A stretch of DNA of 64,000 bases from a virus: the IMG/VR virus record IMGVR_UViG_3300042447_000691; one strand, 5' to 3'. The position numbers and the translations under genes are program-made. Below are positions 42,101 through 49,628 of this stretch, one piece after another (positions within the stretch are counted from its first letter, which is position 1; every line of letters starts with the position of its first letter). Below the pieces are notes generated by a model that had not been told where the DNA came from, did no database searches, and saw nothing but the letters and a program-made list of their open reading frames with translations.

Positions 42101-43433
42101 GATTGGAAATGATTTATTTGGTACACACCTTAATGTTGATTATTTAGAGTCGTCCGCTAAATTTCTTTGTCTTTATATTGGTAACCCATCTGAATGGCCA
42201 AAATCTGATAAAAATACAAGCGTTAAATATGGTGACGATGGTTTTGATTTAAGAATAACGGACAACCCTTTAAGGGTATCTGACCCAAATTTAGATATAT
42301 CAAAAAGTAATAAAGTTGTTGGGTTTGCGGTTGATTTTGGTATACAAAACCAAAACATGTTTAAAGATTTAGACATTGATATGTCAGAGAAAACCAACAC
42401 CGCCGAAACGTTTAAAATAAATGCTGATTTAGGTAATTCGGTTTCTGGAGATAAAGTGGCTCTACAATCGGATTCCATGTACAGTATCTATAAGTCAAGA
42501 TCATATACTTGCGGCATTACCTCATTAGGTAACGTTATGATACAACCTACAATGTATTTTGCATTAAGACACGTACCACTTTTCTATGGTCCTTATTTAA
42601 TTATGGAAGTTACACACTCTGTTAGTGAGACGGATTTTACAACTAAATTTAAAGGTACTAGACAGAGGACATACTCGCTACCAAAAATTGATAGTTTAGT
42701 TGCGTCGGTTAATAAAAACGTACTTAAAAATTTTAAAGCAACACAACAAAAAACAACGGCAATACCTGAAACTGATAAGGAAAAAGATTTAGAAATTGAT
42801 CCTAAACCGACGTTACAGGCAACTGAAATCGCATGTAGTGGATTAACAGCATTCCCATCATTAGGTTATGTTAACGTAAAACCAACACAAATATCTTATA
42901 ATGATCTTGCGGATTTAGTTAAATCCAAAACTACTTCTAAACTATTACGAGCAATAGTTTATGGTATTGCTCAATCTAGTCCTAATAATATAAAGACTAA
43001 TGAAATAATACAAACAAATAATACTAATTTGTATTTCATTACAACGGTAAAAAGATATAAAGGGTCTATGGATAGTAAAATAAAAAATCAAACATGTATT
43101 AGATTAAACGGAAACCCATTCCCAATTGCTGACTTTTCCACCTTTAGTGAGAGTACTGATTTTGTTTTATCGTATTTTAAAACATTAGAACCCATAATAA
43201 CGGAATTAAATAAAATAAATGTTAATACCAACATTAACCAAAGTTTTGGAGAATCTATAACTCAATTAGTATATACAACGTGGAATACCGATAAAGCGTT
43301 TACAGGGGATAACGGAAATCCATTAACTGCTCAACAAATTAAAGACGTTTCTTTGGCGGATAAAGCTAGTGGTGATTTTCCTTATTATGATGATTATGTT
43401 AAAATATTTAAAGAATCATATGAAAAACTTTAG
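36099..43433 (+). CDS. Giant baseplate hub protein (gp27-like)
   Basis: N-terminal beta barrel-like region and late GNVMIQP...GPYLIMEVTHS...FTTKF.G.R signature of gp27/GpD-like hubs. Confidence 0.6.
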   Translation: MAGKQTKNVFIETQYDNIVLIDPNKLSDTEGKGVSRLVDHEDLVYYANLETFIIPRTKLAIGESFDNSVVNTTIASLTSDTDLKINFLQPKGKKAFDTSWSDQFTGKESRQGQSSNQKFENNTTRNGRPTYVNRVEKFEDTQILGIKTINVTVAAMGVPKVTIEMVDVQGKMLFEQGENSMYSVFFTFPYPIFYLTLKGYYGKAIRYRLSLVSFNSKYDSGSGNFNITLELIGKFTALLFDTPLSYGRTAPKMFPAQVTVRNNTQSTDTTIVETTRGQIILDEVYDTYKRKKLIPEDFPPYTIDTFITAVSSYETKLLASIKEGDFAVLNDVQRFREILTDLKVTVYTNAKKNYLDGGAFYVYENKKYYPFRKSISLADREKYKALTEERITYFIEELRKNKTFGENGKYKKSDGNSLSTEINVWSKIRGKGSVIKVFPLQQWFESKNDINNTQYYRTGRKLDLTTTEGQNQLTKFINDERTIAPGKVLDLITNQLVDEPLDMYYFGDKRFDDGVYETNSFLDIVNDALKQLEVKETQIDDDLSKILADRVVNSKSGIGFKPTIRNIFAILFAGVDTFYRLMEETHQNAWDVRTNTQRLLSVIPPEKNFSTDGLNSIQKESGQLNNENIVYPWPLYFTKERKDNGSEQYTLQYPGDQKIINQTQGWNTQIWPEVYFVEEFIKASLTKETLTKTNIFNNPKSDTTLASPNALFFPFYTLPYENVDSVSVMYEILERAIINSEYNRFDYEEAEKQQIDLLFANIEGQNVVTSISSSLELQNLLREYKFNYNNFLEFLKKISNNGVGQSWINYTRNIFNNQYIIESLNEQKEIYSIETIKPTTSLTISTDDLYLSKNLKNYLESTKTSKSDVFDTFPFNNFNWMKSNLSNGASLNAKEDFYDTTKTFIYLADKKTIARLDQTETKTGIQPFTSKYSFGNSLQPYLSNVTNGIKIFDKQSLKQYFTDRKQKDLYFTESYVDYGNSYSGGVGTQIQTTSLLNTPYFINAILQGVDKETNEEEDAYVPLGYLYLNSLPLITTKERLKSFDTNNVATDLDYLAATIKKYSAIHQMPYAWVLKYGSIWHRYKKYTSSGVDILDSVWKDFDYKVNYDPTTSATTKQYVIPNYTGGQETIFLEKTETIPNVTGKTVDFINTGFYPNVINSVYKFITKKDLFSGYTQDAFFKTYTDNGFRIGKNNLSKTFFNFGFDPNNPNRSLLKTNYYQYLDSENNSDFKSKLYFIFPSMGGIPFDQSIYETTDSTNKLIKELSGNTSVYNGSVRTLWGAPHFGYFDHTLIKKPKPTEYLKTINTQSVEQNSFDLKNATSEYSYIDEILSIFNVDMLNKFEESFLSFCNYKPSADKLILKGEVQAPSYTQSNVIKDLKNRRLFSQMTQLFLIGKTSVTLTDENTDGLSLGQKQIVSFTESVKNFLSFDCIIKNANPGFFSMPLFSSFSSLKNFVPNNKLTFDPYVKGSLPGDGTTTTLSQSISQNKDAWESLRTYVGFSSIPGVDFQTQVQTQYPSTSLLTPTQTQTQQPIQAPIQNTSIMSGQTMQNLCTGDYFNVVDPDDVSDFGMYQDDKIVYLELTDQGGVNKNFCAKKVPNSASTITYNLLLDHGFSNDNLGGLSEGSYCLSYFSQNLNCPQNNQLNQISLKFVGESGTILPTEPTETYNQYINVEKPGGGYQVFKIEDSAFNYSGKVESIKFFKSNSDINNPANLLNTSCNSGIFYNFSNYCKINQSNSGNYQIVVTYYPDGPNNKTNKLYLTTQVSLGSQPQNSVPAVTNPQPAPQPASQSTQATQATPPQTQRSYITDFFIDMDIDFTSDNVKTLATLIKIYATKKQETPTYNKGQFNQTINDILNNQLSFKEKLLNKTFAFINKNTPKITVETQNQIDNSSISSDPTKLTTYNLLKGFNDKWVSGSDLKTRTLFEDFLFLDQTNSDIGDSFIVDVNQVKDRIEKNPKQNMMQIVSWILNDNYFQFFAMPAYINFYGIQKQIGENVPKQDITIGNDLFGTHLNVDYLESSAKFLCLYIGNPSEWPKSDKNTSVKYGDDGFDLRITDNPLRVSDPNLDISKSNKVVGFAVDFGIQNQNMFKDLDIDMSEKTNTAETFKINADLGNSVSGDKVALQSDSMYSIYKSRSYTCGITSLGNVMIQPTMYFALRHVPLFYGPYLIMEVTHSVSETDFTTKFKGTRQRTYSLPKIDSLVASVNKNVLKNFKATQQKTTAIPETDKEKDLEIDPKPTLQATEIACSGLTAFPSLGYVNVKPTQISYNDLADLVKSKTTSKLLRAIVYGIAQSSPNNIKTNEIIQTNNTNLYFITTVKRYKGSMDSKIKNQTCIRLNGNPFPIADFSTFSESTDFVLSYFKTLEPIITELNKINVNTNINQSFGESITQLVYTTWNTDKAFTGDNGNPLTAQQIKDVSLADKASGDFPYYDDYVKIFKESYEKL

Positions 43434-43475
43434 AAAATAAAAAAAACCATAATATTTATATATAAAACTAAAAAT

Positions 43476-43700
43476 ATGAGTGTAAAAAAAATACTTGATG
43501 ATTACTTGAGAAAAGACACAAGAATCACAGAAAAACAAATTGATGCGGATCACAAACAAGTTTGTGATTTAGATACTGGGGATTGTTATACTATTAGAAT
43601 GAAAGACGGTTTAATTGAAAGATTCGACAATACGTTACAAAAAAATAGAACATTGAGAGTAGAAACACCGGCAGGAGTTAAAACATTATTAAACGGATAA
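43476..43700 (+). CDS. Hypothetical protein
   Basis: 74 aa downstream of TATTTAT at 43453-59. Confidence 0.7.
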   Translation: MSVKKILDDYLRKDTRITEKQIDADHKQVCDLDTGDCYTIRMKDGLIERFDNTLQKNRTLRVETPAGVKTLLNG

Positions 43701-43711
43701 AAAAAATTGTA

Positions 43712-44422
43712 ATGGAAGTAGAAAGAAGAATATTGGAAGAATTAAAAAGATTTGACCAAATCACAAAATATGTTTTGAATGAACAAGATCCGGCAGCCGG
43801 AATTCCACCACCACCTGCAGATGCGGGAGCGGTACCACCACCTCCGGGTGGAGAAGATCCTGCGGCAGTACCACCACCTCCGGGTGGAGAAGATCCTGCG
43901 GCTGCGGCTGGTGATGTTGCGGGTGGAGCAGCACCAACAGAAGTTCCTGAACCAATTGATGTGGATAAAGATCCTGACGTTGAAGAAGTTGGTGGAGATG
44001 AAGATAAAGAAAAAGAAGGTGATGAAGACACTGAAGAAATTGATATAACGGATTTGGTTAGTGCTCAACAAGACATTAAATCAAAACAAGATGAAATAAT
44101 GGACACGTTATTTTCAAGGTTAGATGATTTACAATCAAAACTTGAAAACATGGATCAAATTATTAACAAAATTGATTCATTAGAAACTAAGTTTGATAAG
44201 TATCGTGAAAAAACACCTGAAGAAAGGTTAGAGTTAAGGTCTTTAGATTCTTATCCGTATAATCAAAAACTAACGGACTTTTTTGATGATAAAAAAATGG
44301 AGATGGATGCTGCAGGAAAAAACGAATATATCCTAACATCCGATGAGGTTGAAAACTTTTCACCTGGTGAAATTAAAAAAACATTTAATAAATACGAAGA
44401 AGACGAAGAGGAAGGTATGTAA
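43712..44422 (+). CDS. Acidic Pro-rich coiled-coil protein, possibly scaffold-like
   Basis: Pro/Ala/Gly repeat, acidic tract, heptad LFSRLDDLQSKLENMDQIINKIDSLE. Confidence 0.75.
   Translation: MEVERRILEELKRFDQITKYVLNEQDPAAGIPPPPADAGAVPPPPGGEDPAAVPPPPGGEDPAAAAGDVAGGAAPTEVPEPIDVDKDPDVEEVGGDEDKEKEGDEDTEEIDITDLVSAQQDIKSKQDEIMDTLFSRLDDLQSKLENMDQIINKIDSLETKFDKYREKTPEERLELRSLDSYPYNQKLTDFFDDKKMEMDAAGKNEYILTSDEVENFSPGEIKKTFNKYEEDEEEGM
43832..43902 (+). repeat. 36-nt tandem duplication (VPPPPGGEDPAA x2)
   Basis: GTACCACCACCTCCGGGTGGAGAAGATCCTGCGGC at 43832 and 43868. Confidence 0.9.
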
Positions 44423-44454
44423 AAAATACTTCCGAAACAACCATTTTGGAAATG

Positions 44455-44483
44455 AAGGGTTCGATTATTCGGACCCTTTTTTT
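44455..44483 (+). terminator. Intrinsic terminator
   Basis: AAGGGTTCGA-TTAT-TCGGACCCTT plus T-run. Confidence 0.8.
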
Positions 44484-44485
44484 AT

Positions 44486-44513
44486 TTGACATTTTATAAA
44501 AATCACTTATAAT
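44486..44513 (+). promoter_or_regulatory. Sigma70-consensus promoter for the replication operon
   Basis: TTGACA (44486-91), 16 nt, TATAAT (44508-13), just after the terminator. Confidence 0.7.
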
Positions 44514-44552
44514 TGTTATAGATAAAAGAGTTAAAAATTAAAAAACAAATCT

Positions 44553-45407
44553 ATGGCAAATTCAATTGACGCGGTACTCGCACAGTACGAAAAGAACTCA
44601 ACACCGAGTTCACAAAAACAAAGTATTTCACAAGAAGACAGGTTGAAAAAATACTTTTCAGCAATTCTTCAAAAGAATGAAAAATCAGCACAACGAAGAG
44701 TTCGTATCCTACCTACAAAAGATGGTTCATCTCCATTTGTGGAAGTTTGGTATCACGAAATTCAAGTTAACGGACAATGGGTAAAATTGTATGATCCTGA
44801 AAAAAACAACAACGAACGTTCACCACTTACAGAAGTTTATAACGAATTAATGGCGACAGGTAAAAAAGAAGACAAAGATTTGGCATCACAATACCGTTCA
44901 CGTTTATTTTATATCGTTAAAGTTATTGATCGTGACAACGAACAAGACGGAGTTAAATTTTGGAGATTTAAACACAACTACAAACAAGAAGGTGTGTTGG
45001 ATAAAATCTTACCAATATGGAAAGCGAAAGGTGACCTTACAGATTCTGAAAAAGGACGTGACTTAATCATTGAACTCATCAAAGCAAAAACACCACAAGG
45101 AAAAGAATATACTGTAGTTCAAACTATTATGTATGATGATCCTGCTCCGATACATACCGATAAAGGAATTATGGAAGGATGGATGACAGACGAACTTACT
45201 TGGAATGATGCTTACTCTAAAAAACCTGTTGAATATTTGGAAGCGGTTGCAGTTGGAGAAACGCCAATGTGGAGTTCTGAACTTAAAAAATATGTTTACG
45301 GTGAAGAAGCTGAGATCTCTCTTGGTGGTGGAACTGAAACAAAAGTAGAAAAACCAATCGTTGATCCACAAGCAAACGATGAAGTCGATGAAAACTTACC
45401 ATTCTAA
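44553..45407 (+). CDS. Single-stranded DNA-binding protein (gp32-like)
   Basis: RVRILP...PFVEVWYH, KGRDLII, acidic tail DEVDENLPF. Confidence 0.8.
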   Translation: MANSIDAVLAQYEKNSTPSSQKQSISQEDRLKKYFSAILQKNEKSAQRRVRILPTKDGSSPFVEVWYHEIQVNGQWVKLYDPEKNNNERSPLTEVYNELMATGKKEDKDLASQYRSRLFYIVKVIDRDNEQDGVKFWRFKHNYKQEGVLDKILPIWKAKGDLTDSEKGRDLIIELIKAKTPQGKEYTVVQTIMYDDPAPIHTDKGIMEGWMTDELTWNDAYSKKPVEYLEAVAVGETPMWSSELKKYVYGEEAEISLGGGTETKVEKPIVDPQANDEVDENLPF

Positions 45408-45417
45408 TTTATAATAT

Positions 45418-45705
45418 ATGAGTAAAATAACAGAAAAAATGTATGAAGCTCTGACCTTGAGATATAGGTCAGAGATGGCAGAATCCGAGGCGACTCTCCT
45501 AATTTATTTTAACAATCCTGTTGGTATTGGTGAACATCCACAACACTTAGAGGAAATGGACCGGTTTGTTGATAAGATGGCAAACGCAAAGGGTAAACTT
45601 GAAATGTTGGAAACCATTTATAAGTATAATGTTAAACGAGATGAAAAGTTTGAAGTAACGGAAGACATGCTAAAAATAATTAAAGAACAAGAAAATGGCA
45701 ATTAA
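45418..45705 (+). CDS. Hypothetical protein
   Basis: 95 aa with NPVGIGEHP; helical. Confidence 0.75.
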   Translation: MSKITEKMYEALTLRYRSEMAESEATLLIYFNNPVGIGEHPQHLEEMDRFVDKMANAKGKLEMLETIYKYNVKRDEKFEVTEDMLKIIKEQENGN

Positions 45706-46687
45706 GAAGAAAGTAATATCGTTAGATAGTATTAAAGGTAAGTTTTCGACTAAAACAAAATATAAACCCGAAAGTTTTTATAACTGTGGAGATGCGTTTA
45801 TGGAAGCGTGTGGATTACCTGGACCTGTGATGGGAGGGATCAATATGTTTTTAGGACACTCTAACACATCAAAAACAACGGCAATGATACTTGCGGCTGC
45901 GGACGCACAAAGAAGAGGTCACCTACCTGTTTTAATCATAACTGAGAAAAAATGGAGTTGGGAACATGCTATCGAATTGGGACTACAAGCAGAAAAAAAT
46001 GAAGACGGTGAATATGACGGTATGTTTATATTTAACGATTCATTTGATGTGATAGAACAAGCGACCGAATTTATTAACGACATATTGGATGCACAAGAAA
46101 ATGGAGACATCCCTTATAATATTTTATTTCTTTGGGATTCAATCGGATCCATTCCATGTCAGATGACATTTGATGGTAAAGGTGGTGGAATGCATAACGC
46201 GAAAGTATTAGCTGATAAAATTGGAATGGGTATCCACTCAAGAATTTCTAAATCAAAAAAAGAAGATTACCCATACTATAATACTTTAGTGATATTAAAT
46301 CAGCCTTGGGTCTTACTTCCTGATAACCCATTTGGACAACCTGAGATTCAAGCAAAAGGTGGTACGGCAATATGGTTGGCGAGTAGTTTAGTGTTTCTTT
46401 TTGGTAATCAGAAAAAAGCAGGAATTAGTCACATAGACGCAACTAAAAACGGTAGAAAAGTATCGTTCGCTATTAGGACTAAGGTATCTATTTTAAAAAA
46501 TCACGTTAATGGTATTGGTTATAAGGATGGTAAGATCGTTGCGGTACCTCATGGATATATTTCCGACACAAAAGATGCGTTGGATAAATACAAAAAAGAA
46601 TACTCAGATTATTGGGTTACAAAAATGGGAGACGCAAACTATTCTTTAGATGAGTCTGCAGGATATGATGATGAGACGGTAGATTAG
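45695..46687 (+). CDS. recA: RecA/UvsX-like recombinase
   Basis: P-loop GHSNTSKTT, Walker B FLWDSIGS, ILNQ, AKGG, KVSILKNH. Confidence 0.85.
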   Translation: MAIKKKVISLDSIKGKFSTKTKYKPESFYNCGDAFMEACGLPGPVMGGINMFLGHSNTSKTTAMILAAADAQRRGHLPVLIITEKKWSWEHAIELGLQAEKNEDGEYDGMFIFNDSFDVIEQATEFINDILDAQENGDIPYNILFLWDSIGSIPCQMTFDGKGGGMHNAKVLADKIGMGIHSRISKSKKEDYPYYNTLVILNQPWVLLPDNPFGQPEIQAKGGTAIWLASSLVFLFGNQKKAGISHIDATKNGRKVSFAIRTKVSILKNHVNGIGYKDGKIVAVPHGYISDTKDALDKYKKEYSDYWVTKMGDANYSLDESAGYDDETVD

Positions 46688-46718
46688 AAAAAAAGTAGTA
46701 TCAGTAAATAAAATACAA

Positions 46719-47726
46719 ATGATTAAAACCCTATTAATTGACGGGAATAATTTATTAAAAATTGGGTTTCACGGAGTTAAAGGATATTTTAATGGTGTTG
46801 AACATGTGGGTGGTATTTGGCATTTCTTAAATACCACTCGCAGATTCATCGAAGAAGGTAATTTTGATAAAGTGATTGTTGCTTGGGACGGAGTAACAAG
46901 CACCTCACAAAGGAGGTTATTCTACCCCAACTATAAATTAAATAGAAAGGCACCAACGGATGAGAACTTAGAGTTGTCATTTAACAAACAAAAACTAAGA
47001 GTAAAACAATACTTAGAGGAAATGTTTGTTAGACAGATTGAGTTTGAAAATTCAGAAGCGGATGATTTAATTGCTTACTATTGTCAAATATCTAAAGGAG
47101 AACAAAAGACTATCTTTAGTGGTGATAGAGACCTAACACAACTTATCTCGGAAGATGTGACCATATACTCACCTAATACCAAAAAGTATTATAAGAATGG
47201 AGATAACATCAAACTACACGAAATTGAGATACCTCACTATAATGTAAAAACATTTAAGATAGTTTCTGGTGATAAATCAGATAATATTGATGGTATATAT
47301 TACTTAGGTGAAAAAACTTTTGTGAAGTTATTTCCTGAGATACTTGAAAGAGAGGTTTCTTTTACCGATATTTTAACAAGAGGTGAAGAACTTCTAAAAG
47401 AACAAAAAGAAAATACAGTCCTAAAAAATTTACTGACGGGTAAAACAAAGGGTGGTATATTTGGTGACGAGTTTTTTAAGGTCAATAAAATGATCGTGGA
47501 TTTATCGGAACCGTTGATTAGTAAAGAAGGAAAAGAATTGGTTGAACTATATTACTCTGAGTCGTTGGATCCTGACGGAAGAGGGTATAAGAATCTAATT
47601 CGGATGATGATGGATGATGGATTATTTAAATACCTACCGAAAGGTGACGATCAGTGGGTATATTTTTTAAAACCATTTTTAAAGTTAACAAGAAAAGAAA
47701 AAACAAAATTCAAAACAAAAAAGTAA
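46719..47726 (+). CDS. 5'-3' exonuclease/flap endonuclease (T4 RNase H-like)
   Basis: LIDGNN, VAWDG, YKLNR, EADDLIA, SGDRDL, GDKSDNIDG. Confidence 0.9.
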   Translation: MIKTLLIDGNNLLKIGFHGVKGYFNGVEHVGGIWHFLNTTRRFIEEGNFDKVIVAWDGVTSTSQRRLFYPNYKLNRKAPTDENLELSFNKQKLRVKQYLEEMFVRQIEFENSEADDLIAYYCQISKGEQKTIFSGDRDLTQLISEDVTIYSPNTKKYYKNGDNIKLHEIEIPHYNVKTFKIVSGDKSDNIDGIYYLGEKTFVKLFPEILEREVSFTDILTRGEELLKEQKENTVLKNLLTGKTKGGIFGDEFFKVNKMIVDLSEPLISKEGKELVELYYSESLDPDGRGYKNLIRMMMDDGLFKYLPKGDDQWVYFLKPFLKLTRKEKTKFKTKK

Positions 47727-47730
47727 AATT

Positions 47731-48183
47731 ATGAAAGAGCAGAATGATGTAACAAAGGTTGAATTCCTAATGACACTTAATAATAATTTTGTGGTACAAA
47801 GGTTTTTTAATGTGAAAGGTTTTAACGAAAAGGCTAAAAATAGCGTTGAGTTAACCGATTATATTAAAGATTTATCTGACTACTTAAAAACAAAATTAAG
47901 AAACAAGTGTGTGGTTTATATGTTGGAAAACAGATACCAAATTGAGGAAGACCCAAGCATTTTAGAAACATCAAACACAGACGGACCTGAAACATTTAAC
48001 ATTATTTTAAAGGTAGGTAATGAGACAATTTGTCATAGAATCATTGACGCGAAATTATACCCACCAAAGGTAAGATACACCCTGGATATACGTCCAGACA
48101 TAAAAAACATTTTAAGAGAATTGACTGACATTTTATCAGACAAAAATTTATCTTTTGAGATGATGAATTATTCGTTGGCGTAA
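47731..48183 (+). CDS. Hypothetical protein in replication operon
   Basis: 150 aa between exonuclease and helicase. Confidence 0.75.
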   Translation: MKEQNDVTKVEFLMTLNNNFVVQRFFNVKGFNEKAKNSVELTDYIKDLSDYLKTKLRNKCVVYMLENRYQIEEDPSILETSNTDGPETFNIILKVGNETICHRIIDAKLYPPKVRYTLDIRPDIKNILRELTDILSDKNLSFEMMNYSLA

Positions 48184-48221
48184 TAGTATTTATTAAAACA
48201 CAGAACAAAAATCTATAAAAT

Positions 48222-49604
48222 ATGTCAGACAAAAAGAACTTCGGATACTTAGGAAATACTTTTCAAATACAACTTTTAAATAATATAGTAACATACAAAG
48301 ATTTCGCTAATTCCATAATTGAAGTTATTGACCCACACTATTTTGATAACCAATATTTTAGAATCATTTGTCAAATGATTAGAGAGTATTATACAAAATA
48401 TGAACACACTCCGACATTTGATACTCTTGAACAACTAACAAAATCAGAAATTAGTTCACCTATGGCTCAAAAGAGCATTTTAGATACAATAGAACAGGTT
48501 AAGAACGTTGCTGACGAAGGATCTGTATTTGTTCAAGAAAAGTCCTTAAAATTCTGTAAACAACAAGAGCTCCAAAAAGTAATGGTAAAAACTCAGTCAA
48601 TCATTGATAAAGGTGATTTTGAGAGTTACGATAAGTTAGAGGAAATGGTGAGAGGAGCACTACAAGTTGGTGAAGTAGATAAAGGAACTGCAGATGTGTT
48701 TTTTAACCTTGATGAGGTATTAAATGATGATTACAGACACCCAATTCCTATTGGGGTCCCCGGTATAGATAATTTATTAAAAGGAGGATTAGCCAAAGGA
48801 GAAATTGGTGTTATTTTAGCCCCTACCGGAGTTGGTAAATCAACTTTCACAACCAAAATTGCAAACCACGCATTCAACTTAGGGTATAACGTCCTTCAGA
48901 TATTTTTTGAAGACAACCCTAAAATCATTCAAAGAAAACACATAACACTTTGGACTGGAATACACCCTGACGATTTAACTGAAAGAAGAGTAGAGGTAAT
49001 GGAAAAAGTTAAACAAATTCAATCAACAAGAAAAAATAAGTTGATTATGAAAAAGTTGTCTTCCGATACCGTAACTATGAATCAGATTAAAAATCAAGTT
49101 AGAAAAATGATTGCTGAAGGGACAAAAATTGATATGGTAATTTTAGATTATATTGATTGTGTCGTACCAGACAAAAATTTGGGTGACGAATGGAAAAGTG
49201 AAGGTTCAGTTATGAGAGGATTTGAGGCGATGTGTCACGAATTAGACATCGCCGGATGGACAGCAACACAAGGGAATAGAAGCTCAATATCATCAGAGGT
49301 TGTAACAACAGATCAAATGGGTGGATCAATTAAAAAAGCACAAGTTGGTCACGTAATTATTACGGTGGCTAAGAGTCTACAACAAAAAGAGATGAATTTA
49401 GCAACCATCGCAATCACCAAATCAAGAATTGGTAAAGATGGTGTTATCTTTGAAAACTGTAAATTTGATAACGGTATGTTAGAAATCGACACTGAACAAA
49501 GTGTTACGTTTCTTGGACACGAGGAACAAAAAGAAGAAAGAAACCGTAGTCGAATCAAAGAACTTTTAGAAAAGAAAAAACAAAAAGAACAACAAGAATC
49601 TTAA
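48222..49604 (+). CDS. Replicative DnaB-like helicase (gp41-like)
   Basis: APTGVGKS, ILDYID, ATQGNR, KSRIG. Confidence 0.92.
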   Translation: MSDKKNFGYLGNTFQIQLLNNIVTYKDFANSIIEVIDPHYFDNQYFRIICQMIREYYTKYEHTPTFDTLEQLTKSEISSPMAQKSILDTIEQVKNVADEGSVFVQEKSLKFCKQQELQKVMVKTQSIIDKGDFESYDKLEEMVRGALQVGEVDKGTADVFFNLDEVLNDDYRHPIPIGVPGIDNLLKGGLAKGEIGVILAPTGVGKSTFTTKIANHAFNLGYNVLQIFFEDNPKIIQRKHITLWTGIHPDDLTERRVEVMEKVKQIQSTRKNKLIMKKLSSDTVTMNQIKNQVRKMIAEGTKIDMVILDYIDCVVPDKNLGDEWKSEGSVMRGFEAMCHELDIAGWTATQGNRSSISSEVVTTDQMGGSIKKAQVGHVIITVAKSLQQKEMNLATIAITKSRIGKDGVIFENCKFDNGMLEIDTEQSVTFLGHEEQKEERNRSRIKELLEKKKQKEQQES

Positions 49605-49628
49605 AATAAATTATTAAATTAAATTAAA

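Noticed and set aside
43832-43902. GC-rich patch as foreign DNA or RNA element
   Set aside because: Explained by Pro/Gly/Ala codons and a 36-nt in-frame duplication
857-45371. Many short antisense or alternate-frame ORFs in the track (e.g. 2195-2512, 13025-13444, 24410-24856, 27852-28376, 43678-44071)
   Set aside because: They overlap well-supported genes, lack start context and mirror the coding-strand composition; treated as shadow ORFs
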